Virus record (IMG/VR): IMGVR_UViG_3300038379_000423 | Span: 3,429 to 67,428 of that record | From: a virus | Lineage: Duplodnaviria > Caudoviricetes | Direction: 5' to 3' (one strand) | Length of the DNA: 64,000 nucleotides | In this document: positions 54,276 to 62,159 of the stretch, in pieces | How the letters are laid out: the number at the start of each line of letters is the position of its first letter | Position numbering within the stretch: the stretch's first letter is position 1 | The notes under the pieces: generated by a model | What the model saw: only the letters and a program-made list of their open reading frames with translations | Told to the model about the DNA's origin: nothing | Database searches by the model: none | Translations under genes and position numbers: made by a program

Positions 54276-54724
54276 ACAACTATACCCCCAGCCACGGCCT
54301 GCAACTGGTCCATTACCACGTAAACCACTCCGTTCGGGGCCTGTGTAGACCAACCGGACTCAAGCTTCATAGCGTAATGTAGGCTGTTGTGAAAATATAC
54401 AATCTGGAACGGATCCACAGCAAGCGCCGGGATCGTCATCGTAGCCCGGGCCTGTGAGCGGGCCCCGGAGGCGTCAACCACATCCTCGACTTGGGCATTA
54501 ATAGTTCCCAAGGAGACAAACCAGTTAGCTCGGAACCGACCGCCTACATAACCGGGTGGAGCGGGCATCTTCCAAAGATCTGGATTTCCTACCGGGCTTC
54601 TTAAGATGATCAGCCTCATCGAGTCTAGAGCAATTTTACGAACTACTACAGACATCGATTTCTTCGGGACATCGAGAGCTAACCGGAGTATTTCGGTTCT
54701 CCAGCCCTCAAAAGAGACCGGCAT
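54272..54724 (-). CDS. Neck protein (HK97 gp10-like)
   Basis: SPVGNP.LW...GGRFRANW, NSL.YA..LE.GWS.QAP.G.V. Confidence 0.85.
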   Translation of the reverse strand: MPVSFEGWRTEILRLALDVPKKSMSVVVRKIALDSMRLIILRSPVGNPDLWKMPAPPGYVGGRFRANWFVSLGTINAQVEDVVDASGARSQARATMTIPALAVDPFQIVYFHNSLHYAMKLESGWSTQAPNGVVYVVMDQLQAVAGGIVV

Positions 54725-54728
54725 TCAG

Positions 54729-54986
54729 TTACCGCCACTGATACAACGGAGTATCGGTGCGCTTCACACGAAATCTACGGAGGCTGCCCTCCGGAAGCTC
54801 TACTTCTGCAATGATAGTATCGCACTCAAAAGGATTGGCACCACCTGGGTACGACTTTTTGCCGCCAAGCTTGCTCCGCCTCTTTTTCTCAGCGGCCACA
54901 ACAGCGCGGTATCGCTCGTGCGAGATATACCACTGGCGGCCGAACTGGCTGTTATGGATGATGTAGTACCGCATGGCAAGCCTCAT
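54729..54986 (-). CDS. Hypothetical basic protein
   Basis: ATG 2 nt after the head-closure stop; fills the operon. Confidence 0.45.
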   Translation of the reverse strand: MRLAMRYYIIHNSQFGRQWYISHERYRAVVAAEKKRRSKLGGKKSYPGGANPFECDTIIAEVELPEGSLRRFRVKRTDTPLYQWR

Positions 54987-54987
54987 C

Positions 54988-55341
54988 CTATTTGATGTGA
55001 AGTTCCCACAACACCGTAACGGCTCCAGGAGAGTGCCGGATACACTTGATGATCGTGCGTGTATCATCCCCAATAACAACCCTATCCCCCACTACAGGGT
55101 CGAAAGCAAGGCCTTCAGGGCTTGCATACACAACCTTGTTAACGGTTGTAGTCTCCTTTAGGAGCGTAGTAGGCTCGTCTATCACTACGTAGGCAAACTG
55201 ACTATTAACGGTTTGAAAATTCTCTCCGCTGACAGCGTCAAACCCCGATGTTGTAACTCTTTGAATAGCTACTGTCGTTCCGAATTCTTCGATTAGGGGT
55301 GTTACTACGGAGTTCAGTATCCCGTTGTAATCAAAAGCCAT
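54988..55341 (-). CDS. Head closure (stopper) protein
   Basis: FDY......LI.EFG..V...R.....D...G; P.VGD; position. Confidence 0.8.
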   Translation of the reverse strand: MAFDYNGILNSVVTPLIEEFGTTVAIQRVTTSGFDAVSGENFQTVNSQFAYVVIDEPTTLLKETTTVNKVVYASPEGLAFDPVVGDRVVIGDDTRTIIKCIRHSPGAVTVLWELHIK

Positions 55342-55371
55342 GCTCGTAATACCTACGATAAGTGCGGGTGA

Positions 55372-55836
55372 TTAGAAACCAGAGAATAGCCGAAGGGCCA
55401 ACTTCGGAACGGCAAGTGTAACGACTTCCCCTCCGGAAAAAGCGTCGAACTCAATAGCGGCTTTCACTGCATCCGGTGCTCTAGCCCCATTAAATAATGC
55501 GCCGTAGGCGTACTGGGAACCGCTCCCAATCGCAATGTAGGGTGCAGAAATTGCATAGGCAACCCCATGGGGGGTATCAAGGACCTTTACTTCACCGTCG
55601 GGGCTGATAATAAGAGAATCGAAACAGCCGCTATCCCTTTCCGGTAAATCTAACCGGGTAGTCTCCCCTCTCAGATATTCTAGCACTCTTTCCTGAAATC
55701 CGAGCGGGCCGGAATACCCCCATAAGTGGCCGGATTCAAACTTTCCGATTTTTGAGGAATAGCCTACTTTTGTGGTACTGACCGTTACGAGACTGTCCGA
55801 AGCAAGGATCCCGTCGCGGTAGACAATAACAGTCAT
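55372..55836 (-). CDS. Ntn-hydrolase (HslV/proteasome beta-like) protein
   Basis: N-terminal MT.I.Y.DG..ASDS (Thr nucleophile), K33-like SK, AIGSG..YA.GA, D..SGG. Confidence 0.8.
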   Translation of the reverse strand: MTVIVYRDGILASDSLVTVSTTKVGYSSKIGKFESGHLWGYSGPLGFQERVLEYLRGETTRLDLPERDSGCFDSLIISPDGEVKVLDTPHGVAYAISAPYIAIGSGSQYAYGALFNGARAPDAVKAAIEFDAFSGGEVVTLAVPKLALRLFSGF

Positions 55837-55837
55837 A

Positions 55838-56668
55838 TTACACCCTTATTACACTGACGTCCCCGTAACCACGAAGTACCGATTTGAGCAACGCGTCTAC
55901 CTCCACGAATCGGATTTCCACGCTACCAGCCCCGCCAGCCGCGTACTCCACTTGATCCACAATTGGCCCAACCTCGCGGCGGCGGGACTTAACTACAGTT
56001 TCGGTAGACTCTCTATAAAGAGGAGCCGTGAGAGCTATGTGCGACAAGGCGCAGGTAGCCCGCACGACGGCGCTTGGTACACCAATAAGCTGCCGGCCCT
56101 CGGCATCGTAGGCGCCCTGTCGCGGCCAAGCCAAAGCTTGCGTTTCCACCACTAGGTATCCAACAAACTTTTTGGAGAAGCGCGAATCAATGTACTCAGT
56201 AGCACGCACTATCGCAGCCTTACGCGCACTAGCACTAGAATCCCGCCAAGCTGCATCATCCCTGCTAAGCCAGTACGAATCGGCCGTGGCGAGGGAGCAG
56301 TAACTATTTGCCGTGGATAACCCCGAGCCGTCCTCCACAACGAAGACGCCCCCACCATCGAGGACCAATAACTCGATGGTGTCTTGTAGAGCGCGGCCTC
56401 CAGCTGTAGTGACGTTTAAGGTAATGTAGATACTCTTCCCGGCTAACTGTGTCTTAGCCGTAGCCGGGGTCGTGGCTTTCAACCACAACGTAGACGTCTT
56501 GGTAGTGTTTGATTGTTGGTGAATTGCAATTGTGGCCGCTAAGGCATCTGCCGGCAGTACGAACTGTGACGTCGCAAGAGTATCCGATACCGGATCGAGT
56601 TCTGTGGACCAATCCCGCGTGTAACTGACAGTAGTATCAGGATCAAATGGTGGGGACCAAGTTGTCAT
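55838..56668 (-). CDS. Head-tail adaptor (DnaT-like family) with N-terminal Ig-like domain
   Basis: VVEDGSGL..ANSY.S...AD.Y, QAL.WPR, VGPI..EY; extra N-terminal domain of about 105 aa. Confidence 0.85.
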   Translation of the reverse strand: MTTWSPPFDPDTTVSYTRDWSTELDPVSDTLATSQFVLPADALAATIAIHQQSNTTKTSTLWLKATTPATAKTQLAGKSIYITLNVTTAGGRALQDTIELLVLDGGGVFVVEDGSGLSTANSYCSLATADSYWLSRDDAAWRDSSASARKAAIVRATEYIDSRFSKKFVGYLVVETQALAWPRQGAYDAEGRQLIGVPSAVVRATCALSHIALTAPLYRESTETVVKSRRREVGPIVDQVEYAAGGAGSVEIRFVEVDALLKSVLRGYGDVSVIRV

Positions 56669-57000
56669 TAGTCCTGCTCACTCGCCCGCCTTCGGAGGCG
56701 GCGCTGTTCCCTGCGGTTGCTGTTACGGCGCAGAGATTGGGGAACTTCGGCACTAGCATCCTTCGAGTGGGGCTCCTCTTCGACGGCGGCGGCTTCTTCC
56801 TCCGGCTCCGCCACTGCAACTTCTTCAGTAACAGTTACTTCTTCCAGGGTTTCTTCTTCGTGCCTTTTTTCTTCATCGAGCTCTTCTTCCCGCACCCCAT
56901 CATCAGCCCCTTTTAGACTGTCCTGAGTAGTATGAGCCGAAATGGCAACGAAGGCCCTAGCCTGAAGCCGTCGCTTTAAATTAAATCCTGTGACGCTCAT
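56668..57000 (-). CDS. Hypothetical acidic/basic low-complexity protein
   Basis: AGGAG RBS; GFNL.RR start. Confidence 0.55.
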   Translation of the reverse strand: MSVTGFNLKRRLQARAFVAISAHTTQDSLKGADDGVREEELDEEKRHEEETLEEVTVTEEVAVAEPEEEAAAVEEEPHSKDASAEVPQSLRRNSNRREQRRLRRRASEQD

Positions 57001-57016
57001 TAACCTACACTCTCCT

Positions 57017-57316
57017 TTACGGGTTAATTACAGCGATCTTATGGCCTGGCGAAACGGCGCGCCAGACCTCACCGGCTGCAGGAAGATAAGACGAAGTAGC
57101 CAGCGCGGTCGGATCGGCCCCAATAAGAAAGCAACAGGCACCATCCGCAGTAATACGCACTAACTGAGTACTGGCATTGAATGCCGCCGATTGTGTAGAA
57201 GACGCCCCCAGAGCCACCCGTTGGGTAGCCAGCGGCAACCCTACGAGCTGGGTGGGGCGATTATTCGGGGCAAGAAACGTGTGCCCACTAAACTCATCAA
57301 CGTATGCAAACGCCAT
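57017..57316 (-). CDS. Small beta-rich virion-associated protein
   Basis: S.QSAAF...T.LVRI....C...G.DPTA....LPA...V.PG.KIAVI. Confidence 0.65.
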   Translation of the reverse strand: MAFAYVDEFSGHTFLAPNNRPTQLVGLPLATQRVALGASSTQSAAFNASTQLVRITADGACCFLIGADPTALATSSYLPAAGEVWRAVSPGHKIAVINP

Positions 57317-57335
57317 CTCTCACTCCTCTATCATT

Positions 57336-57695
57336 CTAGACGATTGGTTGTTCTATGGCTAGCCGCCAATACGGCACCGGTGTCAGTTCGCGCACTAGTG
57401 TAAGGTTCTTGTCCAGGTGCCGCACCTGTGCCCGAAGCTTGAAGGTGTTACCTGTCTTCTCCAGGATCTCACAAGGCATCCCTGCGATAGTTACGTACTG
57501 CCCCACTTCAAAGGACGGTCCGGAACCTTCGAGTGCCAACTCCGGCTCGATGACGTAAACCTCACCGTAATCGTCCAGATGAGCCCGTACAAGGTACTCT
57601 GGATAATTGGCGCCGTAGCGCACATCGATTACGTAACCCACCCAGTTACCGCGGGCAACACTGACCCGGACCCGATCGTTAACCTGGAAGGGCAT
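57336..57695 (-). CDS. Tandem SH3/KOW-like barrel protein
   Basis: FQVNDRVRV and FEVGQYVTI repeats. Confidence 0.6.
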   Translation of the reverse strand: MPFQVNDRVRVSVARGNWVGYVIDVRYGANYPEYLVRAHLDDYGEVYVIEPELALEGSGPSFEVGQYVTIAGMPCEILEKTGNTFKLRAQVRHLDKNLTLVRELTPVPYWRLAIEQPIV

Positions 57696-57885
57696 GACAG
57701 ACCTACCGTGATCAGAAAGGATTACTGAATTCAGGTATTGCTTTGGCGCGGGATCCTGACCAAGGCAAGGTACTTTTTATGGAGCCTCCAAGCGTCGGCC
57801 CACGCTTGCAGTTCGGCTGGCTCTACTGTAACGACAGGCTTTCCGAAAGTGTAAAGCTCCTTAGGCAGCGGCTATCGACCGACTC

Positions 57886-58149
57886 CTAGTGCACAACATC
57901 AGGTTTGCTGATTTCGGCTAATTGTGCCCAAGCGAACATAGTTGTGCAGCTAAGCGCTTGATGTGCCAGTTTAGCCTGCTTGGGGCCGCAGAGTACCTCG
58001 ACCCCATACAACACACGAGCGGAAGCGATGCTAAGGGCGATAAGGGCTACAAATACAGGAAGCCCACTCTCACAAAGCACCTCCGAAATTGCTCCCTCTA
58101 ACCGAACCCCTCTTTGCAGGGTTTCGTTGTCATCGTCATCGTCAGTCAT
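57886..58149 (-). CDS. Hypothetical protein
   Basis: GGAG RBS; 87 aa. Confidence 0.55.
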   Translation of the reverse strand: MTDDDDDNETLQRGVRLEGAISEVLCESGLPVFVALIALSIASARVLYGVEVLCGPKQAKLAHQALSCTTMFAWAQLAEISKPDVVH

Positions 58150-58189
58150 TGCCTACTCCGCCGGACCAGCCAGGACAACTGCAGCTTCA

Positions 58190-58528
58190 TTAGTCGTCTC
58201 CACGAACTGCGAACCATTCCCGCCACAACGCGACTGCTGTAAAGGTACTAGGTGGAAAGTTAGCACCTTCCGCGGCTAACTGCCCGACCGCATCCACCAA
58301 ACCATCCAGTACCGCAGTCAACTGCCGACCATACAAAAATAAGGATCCGTCTACAGGGCGGAAGACTTCCAGGGTCCAATCATACATATAGGACCCGATG
58401 CAGGATCTTAAAGCGTGCTCAGCAGGAAGTGCGACCGTTTTGCGCACCTTGTCTGTGACGTGCTCCCCAAGCCCGGCTTCTCTTACGTCTACGAGCTTAT
58501 CAGAGTCATCTAGGATTGCGATGTCCAC
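58190..58528 (-). CDS. Hypothetical protein
   Basis: AAGGA RBS; 112 aa. Confidence 0.5.
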   Translation of the reverse strand: MDIAILDDSDKLVDVREAGLGEHVTDKVRKTVALPAEHALRSCIGSYMYDWTLEVFRPVDGSLFLYGRQLTAVLDGLVDAVGQLAAEGANFPPSTFTAVALWREWFAVRGDD

Positions 58529-58631
58529 CAGCGAAATTCCTTTTCTAAAGGTTTACTGGCAATACATATGCCGGCCTGATGAGTATGTAAATGTCCCGCG
58601 GCGTCCCTTTTTTTGGGGGACTTCTTGCGTG

Positions 58632-59024
58632 TTAGATTACGCCGAAGTTGTCCAGCACCTGATATTCCCACGAACCAAGGTGCGTCAGCCCATAGTTTGC
58701 GTCGTCGACAGTTAGCCGGACGTCACCCTGGCTGACGTTGAAATCGGCCAGGATGTCGTTTTTGCCAACGATGAACAAATCTGCGCCCCAATTGCCCCGC
58801 AGAGTGTCGGGCACCTTGTCGTCGACAAACCAGGCGAGGACCTCGCCCTTGTAGGCTGAGCCGACGTTGTTGCCGGACAGGATGTCCCTTCCGCCGCCGC
58901 CGTCCAGCGTGTCGGCTCCGTAGCCCCCGATCAGCCAATCGTTGCCTCCGTAGCCGAACAGTTTGTCGGCGTTGGAAGTGCCGACCAGGTAGTCGTACCC
59001 AGAAGTACCGTATTTTGTCGCCAC
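58632..59024 (-). CDS. Minimal RTX (hemolysin-type Ca2+-binding repeat) protein
   Basis: Five GGxGxDxLx-type nonapeptides plus C-terminal GADLF...D.LADF...GD; AGGAG 6 nt before GTG 59024. Confidence 0.85.
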   Translation of the reverse strand: MATKYGTSGYDYLVGTSNADKLFGYGGNDWLIGGYGADTLDGGGGRDILSGNNVGSAYKGEVLAWFVDDKVPDTLRGNWGADLFIVGKNDILADFNVSQGDVRLTVDDANYGLTHLGSWEYQVLDNFGVI

Positions 59025-59148
59025 TTTCATCTCCTATTAAGAGTTTACACACGTCCCGTGGCGTCTCTTTACAGCCTCCCGTTGTTCCGGCCGAAACTCC
59101 GGGGAGTAAGGGCAGCGCAACAAAATCGCCCATCGGTTTAGCTATTGG

Positions 59149-59194
59149 GCGGGCCCAGGCCCAAAAAATCATGCGTAAATCAGCGTGATTTTTT
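59149..59194. promoter_or_regulatory. Dispersed palindromic element, copy 2 (core inverted relative to copy 1)
   Basis: GCGGGCCCAGGCCC-AAAAAATCA-TGCGTAAATCAGCG-TGATTTTTT. Confidence 0.7.
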
Positions 59195-59376
59195 AAAGTG
59201 CCTTTACGACCCGCGGGCATTGCCCGTCTCAAATACCGAATTTGAAGGAAAGCGCAGTAAACTCGGGCATTTATGGCCTTTCCCTTTCGCTTACGGATCA
59301 AGCTCATTCCCTGCAAGGCTGTCGGCCAACAGGGGCACGACTTCTGACACGCCCCAGATTAAGACCAGTAAGAGAT

Positions 59377-59748
59377 TCAGATAGGCCAGTACCATTTCGT
59401 GGCCTCTAGAATTACCATAATAAGGATACCGGCGAACAATCCGGTCGCTATGCAAAGGGCGTAACCGGCAAGGTCCAGCGGTCGAGCCTCAGCATCCAGT
59501 TTGGCATCACCCATCAAACTGTCGAAGTAACTGCGCGCCTCGTTTCCAGGGGCGTTCAGCAGACGGAGGACTTCATCGGCGAACTTTGCGAGCTGGTCGT
59601 TGGATTGTAGTACGTCGTACGGATCAACCTCCAGAACTGCCATGTTGGAGGTTTGAGTGGCGTCACTAATGCAAATTCGTGCGCCATTAATGTCCGAGTG
59701 ACAAAGCAAGTTAAAACGCTGTTGGGGGCTCATTACCACCATCTCCAC
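59377..59748 (-). CDS. Hypothetical protein with C-terminal TM helix
   Basis: 123 aa; hydrophobic C-terminus. Confidence 0.6.
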   Translation of the reverse strand: MEMVVMSPQQRFNLLCHSDINGARICISDATQTSNMAVLEVDPYDVLQSNDQLAKFADEVLRLLNAPGNEARSYFDSLMGDAKLDAEARPLDLAGYALCIATGLFAGILIMVILEATKWYWPI

Positions 59749-59880
59749 TTACAACCAGTAAACCACCATTATGACTACGGTTAGAAGAACCGCGGCGACG
59801 GTCATTAAGATTTCCCGCGAGCTGCAAGAAGCTAGCCCGCGGCGCCAGGCCTTAGCAGTAAAGTACGGCTTACTCTCCAT
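59749..59880 (-). CDS. Small membrane protein (43 aa; absent from the ORF track)
   Basis: MESKPYFTAKAWRRGLASCSSREILMTVAAVLLTVVIMVVYWL; abuts the next gene. Confidence 0.5.
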   Translation of the reverse strand: MESKPYFTAKAWRRGLASCSSREILMTVAAVLLTVVIMVVYWL

Positions 59881-59983
59881 CACCACACCTTCGCGCCCGT
59901 TTGAACTGACCATGTCATATCAACACGTATGAAGTATAGCTGATTGTAACGAAGTCTGCTGGCACGGGATTAGAGGTAGAAAA

Positions 59984-60016
59984 GGCAGGCCCCACCTTTG
60001 TGGGGCAGGGCCTGCC
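59984..60016 (-). terminator. Rho-independent terminator after the capsid decoration genes
   Basis: GGCAGGCCC/GGGCCTGCC stem with inner CCCCAC/GTGGGG; TTTTCT tail on minus strand. Confidence 0.8.
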
Positions 60017-60027
60017 CAAGCTTGGGG

Positions 60028-60678
60028 TTAGGCCGTCGGAGTGGCCCAGACGAAGACGTTCACAAAGTCCCCGGAGGCGATGTTAACCGATCCATCGTCA
60101 ATTACTTTGACATGGGCCGGCACCGACGCCGTGGCATTGTGAATCGTGACCTTGCCGTCAAACGCCCGGATGACCCCGGCGCTGGTGGCAATCTGCACGA
60201 GGACTCCCGTAGGATTGAACGGGACAAACACACGGACCTCATCCGCCGCTGCATACACCGCGTTCATCGTGAGGTTCGCCACGGCAACCAGCGGGCGCCC
60301 GTCGTTTGAGGCACCAGCCATGCCAGAGACATCCGGGGCCGTGGTGGCGTTCTCGGTCACCACCAGGTTTGCCGTGGCCGCCGGACCGATCCTGGTGTTC
60401 CAAACGAAGACTTTGTCCGTAGACGCGACAGCCTTGATCGGGGGCTTGCTGGACCGAGTGTCGCCATTAATGGCCGCCGCAAGCGACGTGGCGCTGGCAG
60501 CGCCAGAGGCACCATTCGTCCAGACACCATTAGGGAAGTCTTCGGTGTCCGCCTCAAGGTAATCGACACCACCAATCGTTACCTTCTTCCCGGCATCACC
60601 GGCAGCATCGCTGAAGTCAATTACAGCAACCGCCAGGACCCCGCTGTGGACCAAAGAGCTAGAAAGATCGGCACTCAT
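60028..60678 (-). CDS. Probable capsid decoration/head fibre protein
   Basis: 216 aa, A/G/T/V rich, high-expression codon bias, follows the major capsid gene. Confidence 0.55.
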   Translation of the reverse strand: MSADLSSSLVHSGVLAVAVIDFSDAAGDAGKKVTIGGVDYLEADTEDFPNGVWTNGASGAASATSLAAAINGDTRSSKPPIKAVASTDKVFVWNTRIGPAATANLVVTENATTAPDVSGMAGASNDGRPLVAVANLTMNAVYAAADEVRVFVPFNPTGVLVQIATSAGVIRAFDGKVTIHNATASVPAHVKVIDDGSVNIASGDFVNVFVWATPTA

Positions 60679-60715
60679 TACCGTACTCCTGAAAGACTAA
60701 AAGATTAGGTAGGGG

Positions 60716-61042
60716 TTATCGTTTCAGCTGGGCGTTGATACTGTTAACGGCTGCGGCGAGAGAAGCGACAGCGTCAACCAGCACGGTGTTCAGGGCCCTC
60801 TGGGTAGTTAGCTCAGCTTGGACCTCCTTGAAGTTCTTATTGGCGATGCCCTGAGCCGTGGCATCCCAAGTCGCTCCAATGTTAGCCAACGTGTTGTCAA
60901 GGGTGCCGGTAAGCGTCCCGCCCAGGGTGTCGATGTTGGTTGCCGCAGCAAGCGTGGTGCTAGCAGCGCCACCGGTACTATCCGTGAGGGGCGTACCAGG
61001 GTGGTGCATCCTCTCCTGTAGAGTCTGTTGACGTACGGTCAT
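60716..61042 (-). CDS. Probable head decoration/whisker protein
   Basis: HPG..L.D.TGG motif plus C-terminal coiled coil; directly after the major capsid gene. Confidence 0.55.
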   Translation of the reverse strand: MTVRQQTLQERMHHPGTPLTDSTGGAASTTLAAATNIDTLGGTLTGTLDNTLANIGATWDATAQGIANKNFKEVQAELTTQRALNTVLVDAVASLAAAVNSINAQLKR

Positions 61043-61073
61043 GTCTACTACCTTCCAAACGATGGGGGAAGAT

Positions 61074-61110
61074 CAGCAGACAGCCCCAGTTGGGTTGGGG
61101 CTGTCTGCTG
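61074..61110 (-). terminator. 15-bp perfect stem-loop after the major capsid gene
   Basis: CAGCAGACAGCCCCA/TGGGGCTGTCTGCTG with 7-nt loop; weak U tail, so possibly a partial terminator or processing site. Confidence 0.6.
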
Positions 61111-61126
61111 GCTCAACACCCTGGGA

Positions 61127-62110
61127 TTAGCCGTTGGTCTCAAGCCGGACCAACGGAATGTTCTTGTCCGCCCAACGCTTCTGCCAGTTGGTGCCGGTGG
61201 CAAGCTCGATGTTGGTGGGGCTAGTCGAAGCCGCAGTACCTACCCAAGCCACCCCTCGGGGGTGCAGGATAAAGTGCCGGCGGTTGATCAGGTAGTTGGT
61301 GCTGCCGAGCGAATCCCGGTCCGTCTCCACGAACTCGTCCGGCTCCGGGCCACCATCACCAAAGGCGATGGCGCCTTCCCCAAACAGGAACGTGGAATAC
61401 ACCCAGCCCGACGTGCCGCCGGCGACGCGCGGGCAGCCGTCATCAACGATGACCCGCCGACCCAGGAAGGTGTCGATGGAGATCGTCTGGTCCTGAAGCT
61501 GCCTGGTTTCGATCAGGCCCATCTTCTGCAGCCGGGAGAACGGCTTTGAATGCATGGCAACGGCGGTAATCGCCTTCCAGCCATCCCCAAGCAGATTGAC
61601 GGCGTCCACGAAGGTGTCCGAACCAATCTTGTTGGCATCGGTGGCCGCGTTTCCGTCGGCGATCGAGACGTTGAGGGTGTGGCTGGCTGCCAGAGCAGAA
61701 GCAAAAATCCCGTTGAGGCTGGGAATAAGGATGTACGACTGCATCTGGCGGCTCCAGTACGTAGCCGTCAGGTCAGCAATCGCCATCATCGGGTCATCTC
61801 CGGAGATGTGCTTCACCAGATCGTTGGCGCCCCAGGACTTAATGAGGAAGTGTTTGACAGCCTCATCCTTGGCGGCGCCGATGTTGCCAGGGGTCGACGC
61901 AAACGTGTCGGACTGGACCTCCGGGGCACCACTCAGATCGTTCCAGTACGGAAGCGGGAACGTCTTTCCGGGTCCGGACGCCAAACTATCCAGAACTCCA
62001 TCGGTCTGGACAATTCCGCCCATGTACAGATCAAACAGCTCCTTGGTGCGCTGGATGGAGTACGCCGAGTAGACAACAGGCTCGATGATATCGGCCAGTT
62101 TGGTGACCAT
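61127..62110 (-). CDS. Major capsid protein
   Basis: TKLADII.P.VY..Y, LPYWNDL.G, DDPM.AI....A.YW, ETDR..L...LINRR.F.LHP.G; follows scaffold; strong codon bias. Confidence 0.92.
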   Translation of the reverse strand: MVTKLADIIEPVVYSAYSIQRTKELFDLYMGGIVQTDGVLDSLASGPGKTFPLPYWNDLSGAPEVQSDTFASTPGNIGAAKDEAVKHFLIKSWGANDLVKHISGDDPMMAIADLTATYWSRQMQSYILIPSLNGIFASALAASHTLNVSIADGNAATDANKIGSDTFVDAVNLLGDGWKAITAVAMHSKPFSRLQKMGLIETRQLQDQTISIDTFLGRRVIVDDGCPRVAGGTSGWVYSTFLFGEGAIAFGDGGPEPDEFVETDRDSLGSTNYLINRRHFILHPRGVAWVGTAASTSPTNIELATGTNWQKRWADKNIPLVRLETNG

Positions 62111-62159
62111 AGCATTTACCTCGCAAATTGTGGCCGATAATCAGCGGCCAGTTATCTGA

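Noticed and set aside
58576-58583. Hammerhead ribozyme core CTGATGAG
   Set aside because: No stem II followed by GAAA at the required distance.
58723-59316. 197-aa minus-strand ORF overlapping the RTX gene
   Set aside because: Alternative frame of a GC-rich gene running through non-coding DNA; the RTX frame has the RBS and motifs.
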